DNA of 64,000 bases from Bacillota bacterium (lineage in GTDB: Bacteria > Bacillota > Ch66 > Ch109), in NCBI GenBank assembly GCA_050952625.1, contig JBMNLH010000001.1:1472001-1536000 (forward strand), read 5' to 3'. The position numbers and the translations under genes were made by a program. Of this stretch, positions 50,243-59,648 are shown in pieces. Numbering within the stretch: position 1 is the first letter of the stretch; the number at the start of each line of letters is the position of its first letter. Under the pieces are notes generated by a model. That model saw only the letters and a program-made list of their open reading frames with translations, ran no database searches and had not been told where the DNA came from.

Positions 50243-51643
50243 CTAACGTCCAATCAGACCTTTAACGGCTGATCGGGCACCCCGCCAGGCTAATGACGCG
50301 ATTCCCTGGTTGACAAAAATCTGTTCCAGAGCAGAAATCACATAATCAATCTGTGACCGCTCAATAATCAGGGGGGGCTCCAGTCGGATAACGTTTGGAT
50401 TATTAAGGGTATAAGCAGTGATTATTCCATGTTGCTCTAGTAATTGACCGGCCACGATTGAGGCAAAGTATTCTTCCGCTAATTTCTTGACTGTTCCACC
50501 GGTGAGGGTATTCAGGAGACGTGAGTTTGGTGAAGCAAACTCAATACCAATTAACAAGCCCCGGCCACGAACCTCAGCCATGACGGGGTATTTTTGGGCT
50601 AACTCTTGCAGTCTTTCGAGAAAGTAGCATCCGTTAATGCGGGCTTTATTAGCCAGATCTTCTTCGATCAGCAACTGAATAGAGGCCATCGCCCCGGCCG
50701 CGGCTAGGGTATTGCCCCCAAAAGTAGAGGTGTGCAGGGCCGCTCGTTCCATCCGACCGTAGCCAGCCTCCCAAATTTTATCCGTCGTGATATAGGCACC
50801 AATCGGCATCATGCCCCCGCCCAGCGACTTGCCCAAACACAGAATATCTGGTACTACCTGTTCCTCTTCACAGGCAAATACTGACCCGGTCCGGCCAAAA
50901 CCGGTCTGGATTTCATCAAGAATTAGCAAGGTCCCGTAACGGGAACATAGGTCTCGCACCGCTGCAAGGTATCCTGACGGCGGAACCCGAACGCCGGCTT
51001 CCCCTTGAATCGGCTCCAAGATAACCGCCGCCACATCTTTACGAGCCAATCGGGTTTCCAGTCGGGTCACGTCGCCAAATGGGACCGCCTCTACCGCCGG
51101 AACCAGGGGTTCAAACGGGGTTTGATATCTAGCGCGGCCGGTGACTGATAAAGCCCCAAACGTTTTGCCGTGAAAAGAGTTTTCCGCATGAATAATCGTT
51201 TTCCGGCTAGTAGCGATCCGGGCTAGCTTTAAGGCTCCCTCGACTGCTTCTGCACCACTATTGCCAAAAAATGACCGATTCAAAGCCCCTGGCGTAATCT
51301 TGGCCAGATTAGCGGCCAGCAGGCTAGCCACCACCCCCATTGAGGCCTGCAGGAGATTGGGAAAATCCATGACCTTTTCTAAGGCCTGCCATATTTCTGG
51401 GCGATTATGCCCAAAATTCATCGCCCCGTAGGCCCCTAACAAGTCAAGGTAGCGGCGGCCAGTATCATCCCAGATATACATCCCCTCAGCTCGAACATAT
51501 TTTCGATCAAAACCAATCAACCGTAACATATTGTATAACTCCGGGTTAACATGTTGGCGGTATAGTTCTCCTAACTGCTCCCGCGAGATGATAGTGGCAT
51601 CTTCCAAACGATATAAATCTACTTTTTCCTTCAGTCTAGCCAT
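50243..51643 (-). CDS. Class III PLP aminotransferase
   Basis: NSGAEAVEGALK, SFHGKT, ILEPIQGEAG, DEIQTGFGRTG, LGKSLGGG, HTSTFGGN, IRLEPPL; AGGAGG RBS before ATG 51643. Confidence 0.92.
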   Translation of the reverse strand: MARLKEKVDLYRLEDATIISREQLGELYRQHVNPELYNMLRLIGFDRKYVRAEGMYIWDDTGRRYLDLLGAYGAMNFGHNRPEIWQALEKVMDFPNLLQASMGVVASLLAANLAKITPGALNRSFFGNSGAEAVEGALKLARIATSRKTIIHAENSFHGKTFGALSVTGRARYQTPFEPLVPAVEAVPFGDVTRLETRLARKDVAAVILEPIQGEAGVRVPPSGYLAAVRDLCSRYGTLLILDEIQTGFGRTGSVFACEEEQVVPDILCLGKSLGGGMMPIGAYITTDKIWEAGYGRMERAALHTSTFGGNTLAAAGAMASIQLLIEEDLANKARINGCYFLERLQELAQKYPVMAEVRGRGLLIGIEFASPNSRLLNTLTGGTVKKLAEEYFASIVAGQLLEQHGIITAYTLNNPNVIRLEPPLIIERSQIDYVISALEQIFVNQGIASLAWRGARSAVKGLIGR

Positions 51644-51781
51644 GGATATCCTCCTGTTGTGCACAATTTTGTACACATAATCTACATAATAGATTATACA
51701 TATATTTTTCAATTTTATGCAAGGAAATTTTTTCTATAATAGGGTTCTTTCAGTGATTATTGGAATGCTAGGTCAAGGCTA

Positions 51782-52882
51782 TCATCGGTGGCGGAGAGAA
51801 ACCGTTATACTCCCCAGGTCCGCGTTCAGCCGAATCCGTCCTTGCCCATCGCCTAATTGGGTGACTCTTTTATTGCCTTCAATTTTCCAGGGACTTTGCT
51901 CTGACCAATTAACAGAACCACGGTTAGCCTCAGCTTCCAGGATGGCATTTGAGTTGTCGGGAATTTGTACCTCAATTGAGCCCATTGCGGTCCGCAGGTC
52001 CCAGTTGTGAGCCACCGGGTAATCGGTCCGGACGTTAATCTGTCCTTTGTCTGCCTCAATCACCAGATCACCTTGGCAGTCTCTGACAACAACCATGCCT
52101 AGGTTAGATTTTAAGACCATATTCCCTTGTCCGTTTTCCACCCGGATATTTCCCGAATTATTTTCTACCGCCACTTTGCCCTGGCACCCTTTCACCACGG
52201 TCTCCCCCAGATTATTGATAATACCCAGATCGCCGGCCAAATCTTCAACAGATACCTGACCGGCCTTGTTATCAACCTCCAGGTTTAAATTGGGCGGTAA
52301 TTCAATATCGTGATTGACTCGGACACCCCGTTGGTTTGGTCCTTCATCAACTCGAATCAGCAAAGGATCTCCTGGTGTTACTTTAACCTCAGCGAGCTGT
52401 TCTTGACCGGAATTGCCATCTGATATCTGACCTTTAACGTGAATCTGCCCATCCTGCGAAGCCCGAACTTTAACCCCGCCCAACTTATTTTCTATCCGCA
52501 CCCCCTGGCCTTGATAATCGCCGATTGGAGCTAATTCAAACGAACGGCTGACACTCCGGTGTGGCCCCAAGTTAGTTAATTCATCCCTTAATTCCCAAAA
52601 GGGGGTCTTGGGCACCCAGGCTCCGACCGCCAAACCACCCGAAATAAGGGCTAAGATCAGCAGACTGCCCAGGCTCCACCGAATCCGAGTCTCCGGGCCA
52701 AACTGACGGTATCGCCACAAATACTCCAACCCCAAAAGAACCAGGAGCAAGGGCCACCACCGGGTCAGGTAACTAAAGGTAACGTAGGGGGTGAGGTTCT
52801 GGATTAACCAAGCCGCGCCTAACCCAATGAGCGAAACAGCCAGAGTGATTACGCCTACTCGCACCGGTTCTCGCTTATTCAT
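51782..52882 (-). CDS. Membrane-anchored DUF4097/LiaG-like beta-repeat protein
   Basis: N-terminal WWPLLLVLLGLE TM motif, repeated N..G.V.V units, RIRLNADLGSITV. Confidence 0.82.
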   Translation of the reverse strand: MNKREPVRVGVITLAVSLIGLGAAWLIQNLTPYVTFSYLTRWWPLLLVLLGLEYLWRYRQFGPETRIRWSLGSLLILALISGGLAVGAWVPKTPFWELRDELTNLGPHRSVSRSFELAPIGDYQGQGVRIENKLGGVKVRASQDGQIHVKGQISDGNSGQEQLAEVKVTPGDPLLIRVDEGPNQRGVRVNHDIELPPNLNLEVDNKAGQVSVEDLAGDLGIINNLGETVVKGCQGKVAVENNSGNIRVENGQGNMVLKSNLGMVVVRDCQGDLVIEADKGQINVRTDYPVAHNWDLRTAMGSIEVQIPDNSNAILEAEANRGSVNWSEQSPWKIEGNKRVTQLGDGQGRIRLNADLGSITVSLRHR

Positions 52883-53858
52883 CTTGGTCTAATACCTCCT
52901 TCCGTGGCGACCGAGTCCGGTAGAGGATCAGTAACCCCAAGCCGATTAAAACAATCGGTCCTCCGAGCATTCGGATATACTTTTCCACTAACAGACTAGG
53001 GAAAAGGTTATTTAACAGAAGCAAGGCCCCGGCTCCGATCAAGATATAGGCAACAATCGCGCTGTACCGTTTTGTCTGCGGATTAGTCTGAGAAGTCAGG
53101 GGCATCTCAGGCGGAACCGGTTGCCGGATATCTGACGCGACCGGGTCGGATATGGTTAATTCTACTTCCCCACTTACTGAAGCTTTCTCGTCGCCGGTTG
53201 TCCAAGCAGATGAAGACGCCTCTCCTGCGGGGTATTGATTTGAAACACCGGGGTCGATCCGGTCCGAATCATTTTGGGCCGAACTGCCGCCCACATTGAA
53301 ACCACTCGTTCCGGTTGCTGTTCCTGGCTGAACAGTCGATGAAAACGGTCCGGCTGACCGGGAAGCATCTGGGCCGGGATTCTGGGTCATCGGGTTTTTC
53401 AAGCCAATTGACTTCCACTCAAAAAATCCTCGGTCTAGTATCCGGCCGGTTCGATTTAGGTCCCCCGCAATCTGCTGAGTATCAAAAATCGTGTATAACA
53501 TTAGGACCGGTATCACCAAACCGTTTAAAAAATCAAGGTTTAGCACTTCACTTAGAAAGATAGTCCCAACAAAGATCAACAGAGTCTGCAAGCCGCGATT
53601 CATTAAACCTAGATACATGTAGCCACCACCGGGGATTATAGACAACAGCAAGGCTAAGCCGCGGCTCTTTGACTGTCCTGGTTCAAGCTGCACCCAACTC
53701 GCTTCAGTTGATTGACTGCTCTTACCTAAGGCACTTGTTGCGCAGCTTCGACAGTAAATTTGTCCATTGACTGAAACCGTACAACTGCTGCAGATTGGTT
53801 GCCTGCAACTGTGGCAGTGTTCAACCTCTGGGGCGGATGGATGGTAAATACAGGACAT
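52875..53858 (-). CDS. B-box-type zinc finger membrane protein
   Basis: CIYHP.....HCHSCRQPICSSC......YCRSC, SIIPGGGYMYLG, disordered linker, C-terminal LIGAGALLLL TM pair. Confidence 0.8.
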   Translation of the reverse strand: MSCIYHPSAPEVEHCHSCRQPICSSCTVSVNGQIYCRSCATSALGKSSQSTEASWVQLEPGQSKSRGLALLLSIIPGGGYMYLGLMNRGLQTLLIFVGTIFLSEVLNLDFLNGLVIPVLMLYTIFDTQQIAGDLNRTGRILDRGFFEWKSIGLKNPMTQNPGPDASRSAGPFSSTVQPGTATGTSGFNVGGSSAQNDSDRIDPGVSNQYPAGEASSSAWTTGDEKASVSGEVELTISDPVASDIRQPVPPEMPLTSQTNPQTKRYSAIVAYILIGAGALLLLNNLFPSLLVEKYIRMLGGPIVLIGLGLLILYRTRSPRKEVLDQDE

Positions 53859-54055
53859 TTTTCTTTTCCCCCTTATCTACACTTGTGTTTTACTCAGTCA
53901 GCAGGCTAGACTGGATCGAAAACTAGGTGATGCATATCGCCAATCGCTGACTTTTTATAACATGGTGTGTACGTGCTTAGCGAGGTTTAAACCTTAGCAG
54001 CCTTTGCGTTAAAAACTCATAGTGAGCACCTCACCCCTCACACCTAACAACTGCC

Positions 54056-54634
54056 CTAGATCAGCCAGAAAACCAACAAACTGTAAAACGAGCCAACAAC
54101 CTCTATCCGCACATTCCACAAAAAGTCTTCTACTGCCTGACCGGTGCTGGCATCCAACTGAAACAAACTGAAAAATTCTTGCCAGGGACTATTTTGAACA
54201 AGTGAGATGATTTCTTTCCCCAAGGAATAACTGCCCCAGTCTGTAAAAAACAACCAGGTAGCAGCTAGCGCAGCCCCCAGGTTAATTAGTGAGCCCCACA
54301 AATCAGACTGGCTGTTGGTCCCTTCAGGCTTTGTTAGCCTGGTCCACCGAGCAGCGGCTCGCTCAATCAGCTTCGGTTTCGCCTGCTTAAGCGCAACTTC
54401 TTTATCCGCTAGAGCTACTTGTTCCATGATTGCAGCCAACAATTCCGGAGGCGGTTCGCCGGCGGGGAATTCACTCAGCACCTGGTCTAATTCCGCCCAA
54501 GCTTTCAGCTCTTGCTGACATAAGATGCATTCTGCCAGATGTTGTTCAATTCCTTGTCTGGAACAACCATCGACTGCCCCGTCTCGGTAATTGGGCAGTT
54601 GTCTTTGCACTTGTCGGCATCTCAATTCCCACAC
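54056..54634 (-). CDS. Zinc-finger (zf-HC2) anti-sigma factor
   Basis: C..V...L..Y.DG...EQHLAECILC (HxxxCxxC), TM helix; follows ECF sigma. Confidence 0.85.
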   Translation of the reverse strand: MWELRCRQVQRQLPNYRDGAVDGCSRQGIEQHLAECILCQQELKAWAELDQVLSEFPAGEPPPELLAAIMEQVALADKEVALKQAKPKLIERAAARWTRLTKPEGTNSQSDLWGSLINLGAALAATWLFFTDWGSYSLGKEIISLVQNSPWQEFFSLFQLDASTGQAVEDFLWNVRIEVVGSFYSLLVFWLI

Positions 54635-55208
54635 CCCCTTTTTCCGGGTTGTTTTCCTTTTTAATTCGCTCTTTTAACATCACCCGGGCTCGATAGAGCC
54701 GAGTTTCCACGGTTCGAGCCGGGATTGTTAAGGTTTCCGCAATCCTTTCGTAAGAAAAACCATGATAGTAGTGCAACACCAGGACTAAACGGTACTTTTC
54801 CGGCAAAGAATCCAGGAGAAATCGAACTCGCTCTGCCTCCTCCTTTTTCAGATATATTTCCTCCGGAGTAAGATTTAGTAATTGCTCCTGACGACTCATA
54901 AGCCCAAATCCGCGAGTCAGTTTATCCTTAATCGATAATGATTGATGCCGGTGTTTCCTAAGCCAATCAACTACTTTGTTGCTGGCTACCCGATAAATCC
55001 AGGTAGCAAAACGGGCTTCGCCGCGAAAACTGCTCAGGTTTCGATAAACTTGGAGGAAAATCTCCTGGGTTAAATCACGGGCATCCTCGCCGAACCCCAC
55101 CATCTGGCCGGCCAGGTTATAGATTGGACCCTGGTATCGCTCTACTAACTGAGCAAAGGCCTGCCGATCTCCTTGAATCACAAGTCGGACCAATTCTTCA
55201 TCCCCCAA
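54546..55208 (-). CDS. ECF RNA polymerase sigma factor (SigW-like)
   Basis: D.ELV.....GD..AF..LV.RY, DLTQEIF, FATWIYR, LPEKYR, TVETRLYRAR. Confidence 0.92.
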   Translation of the reverse strand: MGDEELVRLVIQGDRQAFAQLVERYQGPIYNLAGQMVGFGEDARDLTQEIFLQVYRNLSSFRGEARFATWIYRVASNKVVDWLRKHRHQSLSIKDKLTRGFGLMSRQEQLLNLTPEEIYLKKEEAERVRFLLDSLPEKYRLVLVLHYYHGFSYERIAETLTIPARTVETRLYRARVMLKERIKKENNPEKGGVGIEMPTSAKTTAQLPRRGSRWLFQTRN

Positions 55209-55479
55209 GGGTCCAATCCCCCCTTCGTTGCTGATTTTAGTCTTATATATTTAGACGCGATCTTTGGATATGGTACTTCATTTTGGCTCAAAATAATTGT
55301 GATCGAAATATCTGAAGTATGACGAATGATCAACCCGGCTAATATTAAAACTAACCTTAAAAATTAGGTTAGCCCAAATATCCCGCTTCTACAAGCCGTT
55401 TAGTCCGGCCAGGATAAATACTTTATATCAGAGACTAATGAGCTAACATTTTGCGAACCGCAAAGGGGGTGATTCGCAA

Positions 55480-55620
55480 TTGGAACTTAATCAGCTAGAT
55501 AGAATTCCTTTAGCCAACCTTACTGATCATGAGCTTCAGATGCTTCGGCAGTTAGAAGAAAAATTCAATGACCGCTACTATCTGATTGCTTTTCAGAAGC
55601 CTGACGAAGAAAGATTTTAA
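55480..55620 (+). CDS. Small protein (46 aa) below ORF-track cutoff
   Basis: GGGGGTGA RBS, TTG start, MELNQLDRIPLANLTDHELQMLRQLEEKFNDRYYLIAFQKPDEERF. Confidence 0.7.
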   Translation: MELNQLDRIPLANLTDHELQMLRQLEEKFNDRYYLIAFQKPDEERF

Positions 55621-55738
55621 CCGGCACCACAGAGGACATTCGGCACTTGAAGTATTTTTCTATCAGCTAAAGGAAAGCTTATAAAAGATACGCTTAAAAA
55701 ATTCGGGCAGGCTAGCTTTTTTAGTATCTGTATTTTTA

Positions 55739-56239
55739 ATGATTAGAGGGCGAGGCGAGAAAAAAGTGCCGGATAGAATTGAAAAGTATCTGGTCTCCAA
55801 TAGTTTAAGCATGACCCGGGACTATGCTAACCGTGAAGAACCCTTCAAACTAAATCAAGGCGAGCGTTCGGTCCTGGGCTACTTCCCTAGTAGTACTAAA
55901 GCGGACAAAGCTGTTGAGCAACTGAAAAACATGGGTATCAAGACCGTCCAATTAGACCGTGTCAGCCGCTATGGCGTAAGCAATGATGGTGAATACAACA
56001 CTCCCCTGACCGGAACCGCCTCCACGCAAACCGGGTTAAGCCTTTTTTCGACTGAGATTGGCGAGATTGCCGACCCCAGTGCCCGAGTTCTCCTGGGAGC
56101 TGACCCTTCAGTTAGTGGTATGGCTAGCCGTGGCTATGGTATGGCAGGCGGCTACCCGTTTCTAGTGACGGTTGTGACTGACGATAACCAGGCTGACGAA
56201 GTGACCCGAATTATTGAAGCGCATGGCGGGTATGTCTAG
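55739..56239 (+). CDS. Conserved hypothetical protein of spore-forming clostridia (start uncertain)
   Basis: ERSVLGYF, VQLDRVSRY, RVLLGADPSVSGM, I...GG end. Confidence 0.7.
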   Translation: MIRGRGEKKVPDRIEKYLVSNSLSMTRDYANREEPFKLNQGERSVLGYFPSSTKADKAVEQLKNMGIKTVQLDRVSRYGVSNDGEYNTPLTGTASTQTGLSLFSTEIGEIADPSARVLLGADPSVSGMASRGYGMAGGYPFLVTVVTDDNQADEVTRIIEAHGGYV

Positions 56240-56268
56240 AGGTCTAAATAAAGGAGGGGGATTTAATC

Positions 56269-57255
56269 ATGGGTCGAAGGAAAAAATCAAGTTTGGCAGT
56301 ATTTCTGACACTGTTCCTTATCTGCATCTTCATTCTAGCTGGCTGTGATCAACCACAGCAGAAACCGGGTGGCCAGACCGCACTCCCGGCAATCCCGGGG
56401 CCAATCAACAAAGGGGCCGGAGTTGAACCAGAACTGCTGGTTTATCTGGATGATCAAAAAAGGGTCCAGAGTATGCCCATGGAAAAATACATTCAGGGAG
56501 TAGTCGCCGGAGAAATGGAGCCGGACTGGCCGGAAAATGCCCTGGCCGCTCAGGCAATTTTAGCTCGAACCTTCACGCTGCAAAAAATTGCGGAAAAAAA
56601 TAAGTTAGAAAACCGTAATGCTCATGCCTCGACAAACGAAAAAGAATTCCAGGCTTATGATGCCTCCAAAATTAACGACCGTATCAAAAATGCCGTTGAA
56701 AAAACACGCGGCCAGGTCCTGGTCCACAATGGCAACTACATTCGGGCCTGGTTTCACGCCTACAGCGGCGGCAAAACCGCTACAGCTCAAGAAGGTTTAG
56801 ATTTTAATCAAGGACCAACCCCTTATATCCAGTCGATCGATGACTCTAGTTTTGACCAGGGGATTCCGGCAGAAGTCCGGAACTGGACCGCCAGCTTTTC
56901 GCTGGATCGGGTTCGAACTGCGGTTAGACAAGTAACGGGTAAGGACCCTGGTGCGGTAACTAGGATTGAGATTGTGAAACGCTCCGAATCCGGTCGGGCA
57001 GCGACCCTGCGGGTCAACAACACGGAAGTAAACGGTAATGATTTCCGGCTGGCACTTGACAGCACAACCCTCAAGTCAACCTTAATCACTGATATTAAGA
57101 TTGCTAACAGCAAAGCGGTTTTTCAAGGGAAAGGTTATGGACATGGTGTGGGGATGTCCCAATGGGGGGCCCGGGTGATGGCCGAACAAGGAAAAAATCC
57201 GGAAGAGATTGCTTTGAATTATTTCCGGAATTGTCAAGTGGTGAAATTATGGTAG
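56269..57255 (+). CDS. SpoIID/LytB domain lipoprotein
   Basis: Lipobox LAGC, EKYIQGVVAGEM, ALAAQAILART, FQAY, GYGHGVGMSQWGA. Confidence 0.92.
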   Translation: MGRRKKSSLAVFLTLFLICIFILAGCDQPQQKPGGQTALPAIPGPINKGAGVEPELLVYLDDQKRVQSMPMEKYIQGVVAGEMEPDWPENALAAQAILARTFTLQKIAEKNKLENRNAHASTNEKEFQAYDASKINDRIKNAVEKTRGQVLVHNGNYIRAWFHAYSGGKTATAQEGLDFNQGPTPYIQSIDDSSFDQGIPAEVRNWTASFSLDRVRTAVRQVTGKDPGAVTRIEIVKRSESGRAATLRVNNTEVNGNDFRLALDSTTLKSTLITDIKIANSKAVFQGKGYGHGVGMSQWGARVMAEQGKNPEEIALNYFRNCQVVKLW

Positions 57256-57470
57256 ACAATAATCAAGATGCTGGTTGTCCTCTATGTAACAGTCTCATCT
57301 CATTACATCAAGTTTGTCCCCAATGTTACCAAACCTTGCTTGATGGTGGCCGGGTAGAGGACTTTTTAGCTCCGTATGCGCCATATGAAGAACTAGATAC
57401 GGATTGGGAACCATGCACTCACTTGATTTATTGCCCGGCCTGTGGTCAGGATTGGCGAGTGACAATCTAA
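57249..57470 (+). CDS. Small Cys-rich zinc-ribbon protein
   Basis: CPLCN, CPQC, D.GR..D...PY.PY, CTHL.YCPACG; start overlaps upstream stop. Confidence 0.75.
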   Translation: MVDNNQDAGCPLCNSLISLHQVCPQCYQTLLDGGRVEDFLAPYAPYEELDTDWEPCTHLIYCPACGQDWRVTI

Positions 57471-57715
57471 CCGGCCTGCCTCCGCGAAGAAGACCTAACT
57501 CCGCTATTAGATTGGGAGTCTTTGATTTAGATAAACGCAGGCATCAAACCTGTCTTGGATTAAAGGATGATGCCTGCTTTATCTTTAGCTGTTTTTGGGA
57601 AATCGTCAGTTTCACTGGCGGAAGGCATACCTGGTGCGCTTAACTGACTTATCCGCTATTTTCATAGGTGGTTGTGTCCTTGGGGCATGGGTTATTAATA
57701 AGTTGGCTAACCGAG

Positions 57716-57964
57716 TTACTGATCGATAATCTCTTCGCTCGTATCCGGTATTGCGTAAAAAACTACCAGATCATTTTCCTTCAAAAGATAATCACCCATC
57801 TGAACACTACCATTCACAATAGCCATATAGGCCATTTCTCCGGGTATCCCTAATCGTTCGCCCAACTGAGCCAAGACTGTCCCATCCTCAACCTCAATTT
57901 CCGTCCAGTAGGAAGTCTCATCCGTCATGTATAAGGAACTAACTATCTCGACTAATACCAGCAA
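57716..57964 (-). CDS. MoaD/ThiS-like beta-grasp protein lacking C-terminal GG
   Basis: IEVEDGTVLAQL..RLGIP......IVNG......LLKENDLVVFY; AAGGAG RBS. Confidence 0.72.
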   Translation of the reverse strand: MLVLVEIVSSLYMTDETSYWTEIEVEDGTVLAQLGERLGIPGEMAYMAIVNGSVQMGDYLLKENDLVVFYAIPDTSEEIIDQ

Positions 57965-58092
57965 TCTAGACTACTCCTTTATCACTACGCTCTCTGCTGT
58001 AAAGTAGTATTAGTCACAAATTATAAATTCATCCCCGCTCCGCTGAAGCCGATAGGAATCGCACTTAGTTCACATGAATACTGTAGACATTA

Positions 58093-58581
58093 TTAGGTAA
58101 TCTTTTCTAATGAATGATCAATAGTTTCTAACCCCATAAATCCCTGTTGACGCAGGGCCTCATACAAAATCACCGCCACTGAGTTGGACAGGTTGAGTGA
58201 ACGCGCTTCCTGACGTATGGGAATGCGCATACACCGCTCCGCGTTGTCTTTTAGCAATGTGAACGGGAGTCCTTTAGTCTCTTTGCCAAAAACTAGAAAA
58301 CTATCCGAGGGAAAGCAAAATGAGGTGTAAGGTTTACCTCCTTTAGTTGTTGCAAAAAAGAAACTGTTTCTGGGGTGACTTGCAAAGAGTTCCTGGAAGC
58401 TGTCATGGTAACGGATATCTACTAAATGCCAGTAGTCCAAACCGGCTCGTTTAAGATAACGGTCATCAGTCGAAAAACCTAACGGTCGAACCAAATGAAG
58501 GATAGTGCCAGTAGCTGCACAGGTTCGGGCAATATTCCCTGTGTTATATGGTATCTCCGGTTCCACCAGAACAATATGCAT
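58093..58581 (-). CDS. trmL: tRNA (cytidine/uridine 34-2'-O)-methyltransferase
   Basis: PEIPYNTGNIARTC, LKRAGLDYW, FGKETKGLP, RSLNLSNSV...YEALRQ. Confidence 0.96.
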   Translation of the reverse strand: MHIVLVEPEIPYNTGNIARTCAATGTILHLVRPLGFSTDDRYLKRAGLDYWHLVDIRYHDSFQELFASHPRNSFFFATTKGGKPYTSFCFPSDSFLVFGKETKGLPFTLLKDNAERCMRIPIRQEARSLNLSNSVAVILYEALRQQGFMGLETIDHSLEKIT

Positions 58582-58722
58582 ACTTTGGATCCGTTCCTTT
58601 CTAGGTTTTATAGATTAAGTATACCCAAACGTCAGCTGCTCTTTATTAGCTAAGAGGCTTTCAGGGCAGTCTGCTCTACTCCGACAAAAACTACGCGCGT
58701 GTTTTAACTCGGTAATTTTTCC

Positions 58723-59409
58723 TTATCTGCTGGCAAGCTTCTTCTGAGTTAGTACCTGCCAATCTGCTTCAGAACAGAAGGGACGCAAGGGAATTGACTG
58801 ATAATCTCTGGCTCCTCGAAAAGGGTTATCGGCTCGGTCTGCTTCAAACCGAATCAGTTCCAGCATCATCTTCTCGTAACCGGACCAGGCTACATTAGCC
58901 CCCTGAATATTAAGAAACCCTTGTTCCGCAGCCAGTCGGATAAACTCGCCAATCCCGGCCGCCACCACCCCGTAAACCATTGTTTGGGCCTCGTCAGTCA
59001 TTGGCGTGCAGATATAGAGCCGACAGATTAGGGTGCGGTGAGGGTAAACGGTGCATAAGCCTTCCTGCAAAAAAATACAGGGGGAGGAGCGTAAACGGGG
59101 AAGCCCCTTACTCAGAAGTTCTTGATCAAAATACCGCTGGATAAACTCAGTCGGTTTTACACCTAATGATTCATGCAGCCAACCAAAGGAGATGGCGTCC
59201 GGCAGGACAAAACACTCCCGGCAACAGTTAACTGAGCAGCCCCGACAGGGTCCTTGTTTTTCCGCCAAATAGGCCTTATAAATCTGAGCATCATCGCACC
59301 AGGGCTGAATAGCTTCAATCAGATCTTGCACCGTCGCCCTGTCATCATGGATCGCCAGGTCCAGCCCCCAAACCTCTTCAATTAAACAAGGGAAGAATTC
59401 TGCTTTCAT
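58723..59409 (-). CDS. YkgJ-family cysteine cluster protein
   Basis: CRGCSVNCC, PCIFL...CTVY..R..ICRLY. Confidence 0.85.
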   Translation of the reverse strand: MKAEFFPCLIEEVWGLDLAIHDDRATVQDLIEAIQPWCDDAQIYKAYLAEKQGPCRGCSVNCCRECFVLPDAISFGWLHESLGVKPTEFIQRYFDQELLSKGLPRLRSSPCIFLQEGLCTVYPHRTLICRLYICTPMTDEAQTMVYGVVAAGIGEFIRLAAEQGFLNIQGANVAWSGYEKMMLELIRFEADRADNPFRGARDYQSIPLRPFCSEADWQVLTQKKLASR

Positions 59410-59596
59410 GCAAAAACCTTTCTTAAATTAAACAAAGTACCTAAAATAAGCACTTACTAGAATAAGCACTTAGATAGAATAAGCATCCAGAATAAGTGCC
59501 TAGTGAACTCGTTCAGCTTCATATCATTTTACTGCCATAAGAACATGATAGGCAATTTGGCATTCAGTTATCAAACTACTTTACATAGCACTTGTT

Positions 59597-59648
59597 GAAG
59601 ATACTAATAGAAGATACTAATAGAAGATACTAATAGAAGACACTAATA
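59597..59648. repeat. 13-bp tandem repeat x4
   Basis: gaagatactaata x3 plus gaagacactaata, overlapping the HAD gene stop. Confidence 0.9.

Noticed and set aside
54009-54035. RBS plus ATG AGT TTT TAA mini-ORF between anti-sigma and B-box genes
   Set aside because: Three codons only; cannot be distinguished from chance or decay.
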